From NCBI GenBank assembly GCA_965200205.1, contig CBDAUI010000002.1, positions 520,520-584,519 of the forward strand: a stretch of 64,000 bases of DNA. The letters are read 5' to 3'. Under the pieces are notes generated by a model that was not told the origin of the DNA, ran no database searches, and saw only the letters and a program-made list of their open reading frames with translations. The stretch comes from Candidatus Poribacteria bacterium (GTDB taxonomy: Bacteria; Poribacteria; WGA-4E; WGA-3G). The translations under genes were made by a program, and so were the position numbers. Below, piece by piece: positions 39,337 to 49,584 of this stretch. Positions within the stretch are counted from its first letter, which is position 1; each line of letters begins with the position of its first letter.

Positions 39337-40482
39337 TTACAAAGTTTCGCGGTACGCGCGAAGAGCCTGTGGGAAATCGCCTCTTTTACCTAAGAGCAGT
39401 GCCTTCTCACGACAGCGTTTACGGTCTTCTGAACTGTCGTTGCCTTTCGGTTTTAGTTGTTGAATTTTCTTATCTAAATCCGCATACATCTCGCTCATTT
39501 TCAAACTCAGCTTCCCCTGTTCAATACAGTCTTGGAGTCTTTCTCGAAGCCATAACGTTGGCAAAACACTGCGGAGCGTGCCTGCATAAGATTCACGATC
39601 CCCCTGAATGGCTGCATGGAATTCTTGAAGCTGACCGGAGGAGCCCTGTACATTCGCCGAGATCTCCTCATCGCCTCCGCCCATCTTGAAAGTATTCTCA
39701 TTGGAGAAACGCTTCCAGGTCTGTAGATCGCTCCAGACATAATACGCTTCTCCAGTAATCTCGATTTTGTGATACGCATCATTGCCCCACTGTCGATTGG
39801 AAGTCTGACAAAACGTACAAATGGCCCCTTGCGGGAATCTTACGGCACAGGTCACATTTGGTGCCCCGTTTTTAGACGCTATTGCTGTTATTTCCTCAGG
39901 GAGTATCGCATATTCTGCAAAAAGCCGTCGGACAATCTCAAAAGCAATTTGAAAATGGGAGTCCCCAAATTTCAATAAGTCATTTAAATAAGGAATACGT
40001 CCGATGCCTAATAAGAATCGCATGTCTCGGATGCCACCGAACACTGGGGTACTGATAATACGTAAGATCTCCTGAACACATCTGCCAAATAGGAACCGCG
40101 TACCTGTCATAACGAGTCTTTTATATTTTTCAGAAACCGCAGCGAGATGGATTCCATCTTCCAAAGAATTCAGGGGTGATGGAGACAAGACATTGATACC
40201 AGCTGCAAGTGCTGATTCGATGAGTTGAACGCGCGGAACACTTGCTGTTTCCTCTGAGACGATGATCACACCGTCTAATTTCGGGTTCGCAGTGTTAAAC
40301 ATCTCTTCGGGATCCGCAAAGAAATCACACTCAAAAAACGACGCAAACGCCTCAACACGGGTACGGTTTTCAGGGACAACACTGGAATCCGCAACACAGC
40401 TCACACGCAATTGAACAGGGTACAAACCTCTAAAAAGCCATGGTTGTAACTGTTCTCCAGAGTAAACAACACCTATTCTCAT
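39337..40482 (-). CDS. Degenerate Gfo/Idh/MocA-like oxidoreductase fold protein
   Basis: LDGVII...ALAAGINVL..., FGGIR and QEFH.AI pattern, but no GxG or EKP motif. ATGA overlap with the upstream gene. Confidence 0.6.
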   Translation of the reverse strand: MRIGVVYSGEQLQPWLFRGLYPVQLRVSCVADSSVVPENRTRVEAFASFFECDFFADPEEMFNTANPKLDGVIIVSEETASVPRVQLIESALAAGINVLSPSPLNSLEDGIHLAAVSEKYKRLVMTGTRFLFGRCVQEILRIISTPVFGGIRDMRFLLGIGRIPYLNDLLKFGDSHFQIAFEIVRRLFAEYAILPEEITAIASKNGAPNVTCAVRFPQGAICTFCQTSNRQWGNDAYHKIEITGEAYYVWSDLQTWKRFSNENTFKMGGGDEEISANVQGSSGQLQEFHAAIQGDRESYAGTLRSVLPTLWLRERLQDCIEQGKLSLKMSEMYADLDKKIQQLKPKGNDSSEDRKRCREKALLLGKRGDFPQALRAYRETL

Positions 40483-41150
40483 AATACTCCTCTGTAATCG
40501 TAATGTTCTTTCAGATCCTTTACCTCCGCAAGACGTGCGTTTGCTACTGCGCTCTCCGTTTGAATCCATTGGTCAATGGCATCATTTATTTCCGTAATAG
40601 TTGTTTGGTACAGCGGTTCAATTTCGGACTCCGGCTTGGAGAGTCGTTTCGCTATCTCTTGGATAGGTGTTTTTAAAACAGTAAAACACCCTACTTGAAG
40701 TTCAAACAGATCTCTGAGACGCAAGGTAAGTGCCAGCATCCCCCACCATCTACAGTTTATTTCGTCAATCAACTGCATACCCCCAATCAAAGGACGCGAG
40801 AGTGGGTTGTCCACTTCAGGTAGGCACAAAATATCAAGTGCAACAGCTATCGTTAAATTTTGAAGTCCTTCCCAACGTGCGTTACCTTTCCAAACATCGG
40901 CTACAGAGAAATTATAAGTCTGTGTGATTGCGCGACAAAACACTTCATGCCGCACCAAATTGGCAGCGTTTCTGTCAACCAAAAGGTCAAGCGCAATGGA
41001 ATAAACGTTCTGACCATAAGGAACAGCGTCATTGATACGTGCAGTATTTATGACAGCCAAGTTGGGGCCCGACCTGGGAACCCGTAACTTTGCCGAATAG
41101 GTTGCTGAATCGTAGTATTTTATGAATTCTTCTTTTGTAATGTTTACCAC
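40479..41150 (-). CDS. Hypothetical protein with a possible sigma-70 region-4-like HTH
   Basis: PIQEIAKRLSKPESEIEPLYQTTI segment. GTG start after AAGGGA. Confidence 0.5.
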   Translation of the reverse strand: MVNITKEEFIKYYDSATYSAKLRVPRSGPNLAVINTARINDAVPYGQNVYSIALDLLVDRNAANLVRHEVFCRAITQTYNFSVADVWKGNARWEGLQNLTIAVALDILCLPEVDNPLSRPLIGGMQLIDEINCRWWGMLALTLRLRDLFELQVGCFTVLKTPIQEIAKRLSKPESEIEPLYQTTITEINDAIDQWIQTESAVANARLAEVKDLKEHYDYRGVL

Positions 41151-41327
41151 ATCCCTTCAAGATGGGTTCATAGCAAACCCGCTGCAATTGATTGTTAAAA
41201 TCATATCAGATTTTCCAATTATAAGCCATTAATTTCACACAAATGTCTATCTGCAACTTGCTAAAAAAACGAATCTGTGATATTGTAACACATCAGATTA
41301 ACACACTTACCGACAAAGGGGAAAAAT

Positions 41328-42515
41328 ATGGCGGTTCAGGTTGCAATTATCGGATGTGGCGGGATGGCAAATGGGCATCTCAACGCCTATCTTACAATAC
41401 ATAAAACAGAGCCTGGGAAAGTGGAACTCGTCGCGATGTGCGATGAAGTCAAAGAACGAGCGGATCAATTTGCGGAACGCGTTAAAGCGGTTACCGGTAA
41501 AAAACCGGCGGTGTTTGACAATACCGATACAATGCTCGCACAAGCGGACTTGGACGGGGCGGATATTTGTACATCGCATGCACATCACCATATCAACGCG
41601 ATCAAGTGTCTCAACAACGGTGTCAACGTCATGATAGAGAAACCGGTGGGGGTTACCGTCAAGGCGAGTCATGCAATTATTAGCGCTGCGCAAGCGAATC
41701 ATAAAATCGCGGCAACAGCTGAGAATATACGCAGGATGCCGAGCCGACGCACAGCGGAATGGTTGATGAACGAGAAACAGATGCTCGGCGATTTACGGAT
41801 GTTTTCGGCGCAGCACGCCAGTTATCGTGCCCCGAACCCGGAAAGCAATTGGCACTGGCGGCTGGATTTGACGCTCGGCGGCGGTGGGATGGTCATGGAT
41901 TCCGGGGCTCACTATTGCGATACGCTACGGTATCTTTTCGGTGATCCGAGTACGGTGTACGCACGCGTCTGTCAGTTTGAAGATTTGCGGGTTACCAAAA
42001 ATGGCGCGATCGTGAAGAACGAACAAGAGGACACCTGGGTGGCGACGATCAACTTCAAGAGCGGAGTCATCGGGCTTTGGACGTGTACGTGGGCAGCGGT
42101 CGGACACGATTTCCATCACGTTGTCTACTACGGTAGCGAAGGCTGCTTGCTCGACAACGGCGATATCTTCCACGGTCCCTTTGACGGTGCAGAGGTTATC
42201 CTCAAAAACGGCACTCGTCATAGTATGAAAGACCTCATGGATGCTTACATGGCAAGCCTTTCGGATGAAGAAAAGGCGAGGCTTTTCCCACACAATTTCA
42301 CAGATGGGGTTGTATTGGAGTGTTACGATTTCGTGGATGCAATAGAGAACGACCGTCCACCGGAACTTGATGCTGAGGTAGGACTCCGGGCAAAATCGAT
42401 CTGCGAAGCGATTTACGAATCCAACGCATGCGGACAGGCAGTAGACTATGAGGAGGTAGTGGCAGGAAACATTGAAGTCTACCAGAAACCGATCAATGAA
42501 CGCTGGAGCCTTTAA
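41328..42515 (+). CDS. Gfo/Idh/MocA family oxidoreductase
   Basis: IIGCGGMA, IEKP, GGG..MDSGAH..D. Confidence 0.92.
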   Translation: MAVQVAIIGCGGMANGHLNAYLTIHKTEPGKVELVAMCDEVKERADQFAERVKAVTGKKPAVFDNTDTMLAQADLDGADICTSHAHHHINAIKCLNNGVNVMIEKPVGVTVKASHAIISAAQANHKIAATAENIRRMPSRRTAEWLMNEKQMLGDLRMFSAQHASYRAPNPESNWHWRLDLTLGGGGMVMDSGAHYCDTLRYLFGDPSTVYARVCQFEDLRVTKNGAIVKNEQEDTWVATINFKSGVIGLWTCTWAAVGHDFHHVVYYGSEGCLLDNGDIFHGPFDGAEVILKNGTRHSMKDLMDAYMASLSDEEKARLFPHNFTDGVVLECYDFVDAIENDRPPELDAEVGLRAKSICEAIYESNACGQAVDYEEVVAGNIEVYQKPINERWSL

Positions 42516-43817
42516 TTGTCTAAACAGGAACACACGCCAATAAAGTCCACGATAGATCGCCAGCGTGAGAGCAACGATCCGCAAAAACCGATCGGGTATA
42601 TAGCCCTGATTCGTCAGAATTCTAACTTCCGTTGGTTGTGGTGCGGGCAGCTTGTCAGTCTGCTCGGAGACTGGTTTAACCTCATCGCTTCTATGATATT
42701 GATGACGGATTTAACGGACTCAGGACTCGCCATCGGTGTTCTATTTACGATTCGGATGTTCGCGCCGTTTTTTGTTGCACCGCTCGCCGGGATATGTGCG
42801 GACCGTTACAACCGAAAATACCTCTTAATCATTACCGACTTTGTGCGTGTTTTTATCGTCTTCGGATTTCTTTTTGTCCGGGACGAGAGCGATATCTGGT
42901 TGCTCTATACACTCACGACGCTCCTGTTCGCCGTCAGCGGTTTCTTCAGTCCTGCTCGGAGTGCTATTCTACCGGACGTTACCTCTCCCCGCGAACTCGG
43001 GACTGCGAATGCGCTCGGCGCTGCTACTTGGTCGGTAATGCTTGCGCTCGGTGCTGCGATCGGTGGGATAACAACCGGTCTCTTTGGTAGCCAGACGGCT
43101 TTCTTTATTGATGGCTTAACCTTCGCGCTTTCAGCCGTATTTCTGTTTGGGATCAAACTGCCCGGTTCCGCATCTGAAGCGCAGGGGACGACCGCACGCC
43201 CAAAACCGTCAGCATTGCGCTATATGCGTCAGCACCCGGACATCTTCTTCATCGCGATGCATAAAGCAGCGATAGCACTCCTACTCTCATCCGGTTTCCA
43301 AGTCGTGCAAGTAGAGATTGCCAAGAGCCATTTCGTGATTGGTGTTGGCGGTGCGATTAGTTTGGGGTTGATGTATTGTATAAACGGTGTCGGTAGTGGG
43401 ATTGGACCTATTCTGGCGCGACATTGGACTGGTGACCGCGATAAACCGCTCCGTATTAGTATTAGCATCGGCTATCTGATTGGTGCCTTCGGGCTTGTGG
43501 TTACTGCGCCACTATTGGGTTTGGTTGAAGTGCTTATCGGCGGGTTCTTCCGTAGCATCGGCGGCGGAATTGCATGGGTATTTTCGACGCAACTCCTCTT
43601 ACAACGCGCCCCAAACGAGATTCGAGGACGCATCTTCGGGACCGAGTTTGCCTTTTTCACGCTCATGGGCGGTATCGGTACAGCGATTGTCGGTGCACTG
43701 TTAGATCGGTTGCATGTGCGCACAATTCTTTGGGGGATGACAGTCCTACCACTTATTCCAGCGGTACTGTGGTGGTTATGGCAGCGGTATTTTAGCCGCA
43801 TAGAATCACAGAAATAG
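42516..43817 (+). CDS. MFS transporter (DHA3/MefA-like)
   Basis: NFRWLW.GQ.VS.LGDW, G..ADRYNRK, about 12 TM helices. Confidence 0.9.
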   Translation: MSKQEHTPIKSTIDRQRESNDPQKPIGYIALIRQNSNFRWLWCGQLVSLLGDWFNLIASMILMTDLTDSGLAIGVLFTIRMFAPFFVAPLAGICADRYNRKYLLIITDFVRVFIVFGFLFVRDESDIWLLYTLTTLLFAVSGFFSPARSAILPDVTSPRELGTANALGAATWSVMLALGAAIGGITTGLFGSQTAFFIDGLTFALSAVFLFGIKLPGSASEAQGTTARPKPSALRYMRQHPDIFFIAMHKAAIALLLSSGFQVVQVEIAKSHFVIGVGGAISLGLMYCINGVGSGIGPILARHWTGDRDKPLRISISIGYLIGAFGLVVTAPLLGLVEVLIGGFFRSIGGGIAWVFSTQLLLQRAPNEIRGRIFGTEFAFFTLMGGIGTAIVGALLDRLHVRTILWGMTVLPLIPAVLWWLWQRYFSRIESQK

Positions 43818-43856
43818 TCCAGAGATACAGTCGTGTCAAATTTCAAAAATGTGGAT

Positions 43857-44447
43857 TTACTCTTTCCATCGCTGGATGAGTTTTGTATCTATGCCGAACT
43901 GATCAAGGATTTTGGTCACAACGAAGTTTAGCAAATCATCCACATCTTTTGGGAAATGATAGAACCCCGGCATTGCAGGTAACACGCACACCCCGATCTG
44001 TGCTAATTTGAGCATATTTTCGAGATGGATAGGGCTCAGGGGTGTCTCGCGCGGCACGAGTACGAGTTTCCGCCTTTCTTTGATGCATACATCCGCAGCG
44101 CGTTGGATCAGGTTGCGCGACATCCCCGCCGCGATACAAGCGATGCTTCCCATACTACAGGGGACAACGATCATCCCCTCTGTCCGGAAAGAGCCGCTGG
44201 CAATCGGTGCAGCGATGTCCGATTCGTGATGGTAGATAACCCGCGACGAAGAGACACCAATCAGCGACTCCAATTCAAAGTTATTGAGGTCTATCTCAAT
44301 CTGAAGTTCCTCTGACAAGGCGCGCGCACCGGATGCCGAGATCGTCAAATGTACCTCTATATCCTCATGTTTCGTGAGGACCTCAAGCAGGCGGATACCG
44401 TAGACCCCCGCGCTCGCACCTGTTATTCCAACAATCAACCGTTTCAA
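43857..44447 (-). CDS. ubiX: Flavin prenyltransferase
   Basis: GITGAS, ASGS, PCSM, RAADV..KERR, PRETP, P.MPGFY. Confidence 0.93.
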   Translation of the reverse strand: MKRLIVGITGASAGVYGIRLLEVLTKHEDIEVHLTISASGARALSEELQIEIDLNNFELESLIGVSSSRVIYHHESDIAAPIASGSFRTEGMIVVPCSMGSIACIAAGMSRNLIQRAADVCIKERRKLVLVPRETPLSPIHLENMLKLAQIGVCVLPAMPGFYHFPKDVDDLLNFVVTKILDQFGIDTKLIQRWKE

Positions 44448-44671
44448 TGATTACATTCTCCTTTGTGTGAAGTATGCTCGACCCTCAAAAGTGTGCGCGT
44501 TCGTAAAGCATCGCTATTATATCCGGTTACGAGAAAATTTCAAGGAAAAACCGCTATAGTTCTGATCGTTTATCTTCTGTAGGAGCGAACTGTGCTAGTA
44601 ACTCCTATTACTGACGAAAACTAACTCGTCTGAATAGTGTAATAATGTGGCTTCGGTTTTTCATTGTCTGA

Positions 44672-44703
44672 ATGCAGGTCGCGTTTGGGCGAGTACGCCG
44701 CAA
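44672..44703. repeat. 32-bp dispersed micro-element, copy 1
   Basis: atgcaggtcgcgtttgggcgagtacgccgcaa, 28/32 identical to 51729-51760. Confidence 0.8.
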
Positions 44704-45044
44704 ATCGCGGATTATCGCGGATGACACGGATTTCGCGGATTTTTTTGACTTGCCATTCCCCAAACTTATATGCTAAATTAATACCTATGTATTGAAACCC
44801 AATACGGTACTTCTTTAGTCCTGTAGAATTTATTTGCTTGGGTATTTTCCAATATGTTTATAGAAAAGCGTATCTTCACGCTCTTTAGTCCTATAAGGGG
44901 TGTGTGTTTAAAGAAGCGTTATCTTTTCTATCAAAGCTCCGACATGACGATATGTTTGTGTTTTTTGAAATTCGGTTGGTATTTATTCGCTGGAAATGGT
45001 ATTATTACTCTAAAGAAAAACTACATCGTGTAGGAGGAAAAACA

Positions 45045-46238
45045 ATGAGAAGACCACTAAAGATATTCATTACCTATTCACATGCAGATACGAAAGCAAA
45101 GGACAGATTAATAGCGCATTTGGATGTCCTGAAGCAAAATGGCCTGATTGATATTTGGCATGACAACAACCTTAGGCCTGGGGACGCGTGGCGTGATACC
45201 ATTTTCAGTAATCTTGCGGATTCAGATATTCTGCTCTACCTTGTTTCTGCTTCTAGCCTTGGTTCTGAAATGTGCTATATGGAATTAGTCCGGTCATTGG
45301 ACAGAGACACAAGGGTCATCCCGATTATCCTTGAAGATTGCGATTGGCCCAATCACCCACTCAGTGATTTTGAAGTGCTTCCGGATAAAGGCAAGCCTAT
45401 TAGCAAGTGGCAATCTGAGAGTGAAGGGTGGCAAAACGTGATATATGGTATACGGAGAGTTGTTGACATAATGCAGGCTCAGGCTGATCTTTCGTCCGGT
45501 ATACTTCCAGAAAATATACGGGCGGAAAAAATGTTCCAACGCGGACATACTCTGATGATGCTAGGACAATTTAATGAAGCCCTAGAGACATACTCGAATG
45601 CATTTAAACTGAACCCACATCATAATAGTGCCTATGCTAACATCTTTTTGGTGCAGCTTCTCATAAAGAGAGAACGGCATCTTCGGGATATAACTAAACC
45701 TGTTGTCCTAACGGAAGGGTTGTTGGATGAGCAGTACATTCAAACAGCTCTAACTTTATTGGGTGAGGTAAAACTTTTAAACTCCTTGGAGATTAGATCT
45801 GTAGGCCTCAAGGTTAACAAAGGGACTCAGGATGGAGGAAAGGCGGGATTAGATAAAATCCGAAATGTTTACGTAGCAAATTCGTGGCTTTTTCATCAAC
45901 CGATATTGCTTCTTTACGATTGTGATACGAATAAGCAAGAAGAGGACTCTGAGAGGCTTTGGGTGCGTTTGATTCCAGAGAATCGGGGAAATACCAAAGT
46001 AAAAGGCGGAATTGAAAATCTCTTTCCAGAAGAACTTTTTCAGGATTGTTTTTACCATGAAAAGATTAAGGTAAGAAATGACGGTGGAAAAAGCATAGAT
46101 AATGAACTTGATAAGCCAAGATTTTGCCGATGGATTTGTGAAGATCGACGGAATCCCGCCGATTTTGAGGGATTTAAAGAAGTCGTGAAAATTCTTAAAG
46201 AGTTTGTTGAATTCCGTCACTCTCCGACATCCGAATAG
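45045..46238 (+). CDS. TIR domain + TPR + TOPRIM (OLD-like) fusion protein
   Basis: TIR: IFITYSHAD, WHD..L.PG, S.MC..EL, VIPIIL..C.W. TPR: RGHTL..LGQF.EA...Y..A..LNP. TOPRIM: VLTEG..D, YDCD, IENLF. Start ATG 45045 after AGGAGG. Confidence 0.8.
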   Translation: MRRPLKIFITYSHADTKAKDRLIAHLDVLKQNGLIDIWHDNNLRPGDAWRDTIFSNLADSDILLYLVSASSLGSEMCYMELVRSLDRDTRVIPIILEDCDWPNHPLSDFEVLPDKGKPISKWQSESEGWQNVIYGIRRVVDIMQAQADLSSGILPENIRAEKMFQRGHTLMMLGQFNEALETYSNAFKLNPHHNSAYANIFLVQLLIKRERHLRDITKPVVLTEGLLDEQYIQTALTLLGEVKLLNSLEIRSVGLKVNKGTQDGGKAGLDKIRNVYVANSWLFHQPILLLYDCDTNKQEEDSERLWVRLIPENRGNTKVKGGIENLFPEELFQDCFYHEKIKVRNDGGKSIDNELDKPRFCRWICEDRRNPADFEGFKEVVKILKEFVEFRHSPTSE

Positions 46239-46269
46239 GGGCCTGTCTATCTCGCCCAAAGGAAAACGC

Positions 46270-49149
46270 ATGAATCACCAACACACCAACAGCGAAGACA
46301 CTATCACCACCTTATTTGTTGAAATCTTGATGCCGATGAGTGCGACGTGGAATATCCTCGAGCAGACAACAAAACCACTCGTCGAAAATCAAAGAAGACC
46401 CGATGTCATCATCCGCACAGTTGAACGATACCCGATAGCAGTTGAAGTGAAAATCGACTACAAGCGCAGTCCTAATGAAACCGGCGAAGAGCAGGCACGC
46501 GAACGTTACTTGGGCAAAACCCTCCGCACAACGTTGGAAACAATTGCCAGCGCAATAGCGATTCGCCTTCCCCACAGGTTCCGCACGATGCCTCGCGACG
46601 AAATCCGCGAAAATTTAGAGGGATCGAATGATTTCGCATACACACTCCTCAACATTGACGAACCCCAGAGATTCCCGAAAAAAGGCTGGCTTTACGGCAG
46701 CATTTCCGACATCGCAACCGCTATCCGTATCGGAGCAACACCTATTACCACGATTGAGAGGGCTGCCGAGGTGCTTGAACAGGGCATCTCTGATGCTGCC
46801 AATATCGTCAATACTGCGATCCAAGACCGACCCTATATCGGTAAAAGGATCGGCGAACTCCTCGTACAGGAACCTGGTGAGCAGACAACACAGATGGCGA
46901 TGCTGATTATCAGTAACGCTTTGGTGTTTCAGAGTTCCCTCGCGCGTAAGCCAGATTTGGAAGCTGTCCCATCTCTTAGTGAACTCACTGCGGATTATGG
47001 GCAGCTCGATTCAGACGAAGTCCTCAGCGCATGGCGAGAAATCCAAAAGGTTAACTACGCCCCGATTTTCAAGGTTGCCTATAACCTTGTCGAAACGCTT
47101 TCTGCCGATGATAAACTGGTCGGTGAGATCTTAAGCGTGCTACGCGATACCGCACGCGAGTTGGAGAAGATGGGACTTGCACAAGAGCATGAACTCGCCG
47201 GTATTGTGTTTCAGAAACTCATTGACAATCGGAAAATTCTCAAGGCGAACTATACCCGTCCTGAATCCTCAGCGCTGCTCTGTGCCCTCGCGTTACCAGA
47301 ACTCAAAAAGGATCCGAAAAAATTGAAAATCGCAGATTTTGCCTGCGGGACCGGTTCGCTGCTTAACGGTGTTTATCAACGGGTTCTGATGCTTTATGAA
47401 CAAACCGGTGGTAAAGGCGAGACTATCCATCAATATATGATGGAAAAAAATCTCGTCGGATGTGATATTCTGCCGAACGCTGCACACTTGACTGCATCCA
47501 TCATTGCCAGTACCTATCCTGATGTCCGTATCGGCGGCACGCGCATCCACACAATGCCGTATGGTACACAGCGTGCGGATGGTCTTTATGCCATCGGTGC
47601 CCTCAATTTGCTTAGCGACCCGGCAGGGACGCTCCCGCTAATATTAGATACAACAGAAACTACCACAGGACACGGATCTGAAACCACAGACCTTCGGGAC
47701 GCATTCCAACATGGCGAATTTGACATTGTTATTCAAAATCCACCCTATACGCGCACAGGTGATAATAACGCAAATGTACCAAAGAGTATTTTTGGTGACA
47801 AGAAGGCAGCGGCAGCAATGCGAGATTCGCTCAGAGCACAGAAATGCCAACTCATAGGCAATAACACAGGATTGGGGGCACATTTCGTTGACCTTGCCGA
47901 CAGGATGTTGAAGCGAAACGGCAAAATAGCATTTGTGCTACCTGCAACGGCTATCACTGGCAGTAGTTGGTACAAGGTGCGAAAGTTGTGGGCAGAGGAA
48001 TATCGCGATGTGCTTGTGGTCACGATCGCGGATGCAAACATCGAGAAAAGCGCGTTTTCAGCGGATACGGGGATGGCAGAGTGTCTCGTTGTAGCAACAA
48101 AAGGCGTAGGTAATAACACAGGGCAGGGAACGTTCGTCTGTCTGACGCGCTCTCCTGAGGGTGAATTGGAGGCATTGGAAGTCGCAAAGCAGATTCGTGA
48201 GAAACCCAAGGCCATCCGCCATCTTGGAGACAGCCTGTCCGGGGGTGATCCACTCATGATAGGCGATGCGAGTATAGGGCATGTTATCTCTGCACCGCTT
48301 GTCCTGAGCCATGCGGGTTGGGCTGTTTCCCGTGTGAAAGACATGGTTGCCGTTCAAGCTGCATACCATCTCGCGAACGGATACATACGGCTTCCACGTC
48401 AGAGAGACGCTATTGAATTTTCATATTGTCCCGCGTCAGAAATTGGCACCCTCGGGACAGGTCCAAAAGACATATACGGTGGCGGCGGTAGAGGGGCGTT
48501 TGATGTAGAAAAGGGTTGTCTCGACACAGCACAGTATCCTGCCTTATGGCATGTGCATTCGGATTCGCAACGGATGATGCTTGTCGCCCCAGATTCTCAC
48601 GCACGCCCGCGCCCAAATTCGGACGAAAAGGTTCAGCGAATTTTGAAATTGAATAGTCGAACGCATTATAATATGGAATTGCAGTTTAATGCAAATTCGC
48701 TAGCAGTGATGTTCAGGGAAGAAAAGGCACTCGGCATCGCCTTAATCCCTAACGTTTGCTTCACGGACGAAAAATACGAGTATGCGTGGACACTGTGGTG
48801 CAACTCAACTTTTGGCTTGCTTATGCATTGGATGCATAGCGGTACGCAGCAGCAAGGCCGCGGGAAAATGAGTCGTGCTGCCTTTGATGCAATGCCGACT
48901 TTGGATGTCCGCAGGCTCTCCGCTGATGGATTAGTAAATGCGGAACAGATTTTTAACGCGTTGAAGGACAGAGAGCTGCGAGCTTTTCATCAGGTGGATA
49001 CAGATCCGACACGTCATAAGTTGGATCGGTTGTTGTTGTCAGCGGTACTTGGCATTACGGAGGCGGAGCGTCCGGATGTACATGAAGGTCTTGCGTTGCT
49101 TCGGAAGATGCTATCACAAGAGCCGAGTATTCACGGCGGGAAGAAGTAG
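46270..49149 (+). CDS. Type IIG-like restriction-modification enzyme (PD-ExK nuclease + N6-adenine methyltransferase)
   Basis: RPDV...VEVK nuclease motif, YT motif X, DFACGTG motif I, NPPY motif IV, AFVLP. Start ATG 46270 after AAAGGA. Confidence 0.85.
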   Translation: MNHQHTNSEDTITTLFVEILMPMSATWNILEQTTKPLVENQRRPDVIIRTVERYPIAVEVKIDYKRSPNETGEEQARERYLGKTLRTTLETIASAIAIRLPHRFRTMPRDEIRENLEGSNDFAYTLLNIDEPQRFPKKGWLYGSISDIATAIRIGATPITTIERAAEVLEQGISDAANIVNTAIQDRPYIGKRIGELLVQEPGEQTTQMAMLIISNALVFQSSLARKPDLEAVPSLSELTADYGQLDSDEVLSAWREIQKVNYAPIFKVAYNLVETLSADDKLVGEILSVLRDTARELEKMGLAQEHELAGIVFQKLIDNRKILKANYTRPESSALLCALALPELKKDPKKLKIADFACGTGSLLNGVYQRVLMLYEQTGGKGETIHQYMMEKNLVGCDILPNAAHLTASIIASTYPDVRIGGTRIHTMPYGTQRADGLYAIGALNLLSDPAGTLPLILDTTETTTGHGSETTDLRDAFQHGEFDIVIQNPPYTRTGDNNANVPKSIFGDKKAAAAMRDSLRAQKCQLIGNNTGLGAHFVDLADRMLKRNGKIAFVLPATAITGSSWYKVRKLWAEEYRDVLVVTIADANIEKSAFSADTGMAECLVVATKGVGNNTGQGTFVCLTRSPEGELEALEVAKQIREKPKAIRHLGDSLSGGDPLMIGDASIGHVISAPLVLSHAGWAVSRVKDMVAVQAAYHLANGYIRLPRQRDAIEFSYCPASEIGTLGTGPKDIYGGGGRGAFDVEKGCLDTAQYPALWHVHSDSQRMMLVAPDSHARPRPNSDEKVQRILKLNSRTHYNMELQFNANSLAVMFREEKALGIALIPNVCFTDEKYEYAWTLWCNSTFGLLMHWMHSGTQQQGRGKMSRAAFDAMPTLDVRRLSADGLVNAEQIFNALKDRELRAFHQVDTDPTRHKLDRLLLSAVLGITEAERPDVHEGLALLRKMLSQEPSIHGGKK

Positions 49150-49584
49150 AAAGTTAAGTTGGACGCGTAGCATTTGGTGTCTGTCAGAATCAGGGATTTT
49201 CAGATTTTCAGAATTGGACATCTTTCTTGACTGAAAACTGCTTTTGTGAAATTGCCGTAATATTTCTTAACTTTACCTTACTGCCCGAATCACTATCGGA
49301 AACCCGATTTTAACTTATTTCCGTTGACGAGGTTTCCGACCTCGTCTTATTTTCCTTATATTTTATCCTTGCGCAATACCAATCGTAAAGGGTCTTTTTC
49401 GCTTTTTAACTCAGTCGGGATGGCATGTGTAGAAAAGTATTCCTGCCTCTCCGCAAAACCTCAGTGGGGCGGCATGTTCATGAATTTCGCTGATGCGGTT
49501 GACATCTGTCCGCCAAATGCCCTACAATAATGTTAAACGAAATGGATATTATAATTGAAATCATTGATTTGTGAAAGGAAGTCT

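Noticed and set aside
41925-42584. 219-aa antisense ORF and similar shadow ORFs (e.g. 47745-48344, 26895-27419)
   Set aside because: They lie opposite well-supported genes and have no recognisable motifs.
44810-44960. Short degenerate repeats (ctttagtcct, atatgttt) upstream of the TIR gene, with similar traces near 49410-49480
   Set aside because: Too degenerate to delimit by eye. They may be decayed dispersed repeats but cannot be supported as a feature.
45045-46238. Thoeris, CBASS or Pycsar assignment for the TIR protein
   Set aside because: No ThsA-like effector, cyclase or STING/cNMP-binding domain nearby, and the architecture differs.
49147-49149. Programmed amber read-through or an alternative genetic code
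   Set aside because: Many genes in the window (for example pstA, trmD, ffh) end normally at TAG. A point mutation is the simpler explanation.
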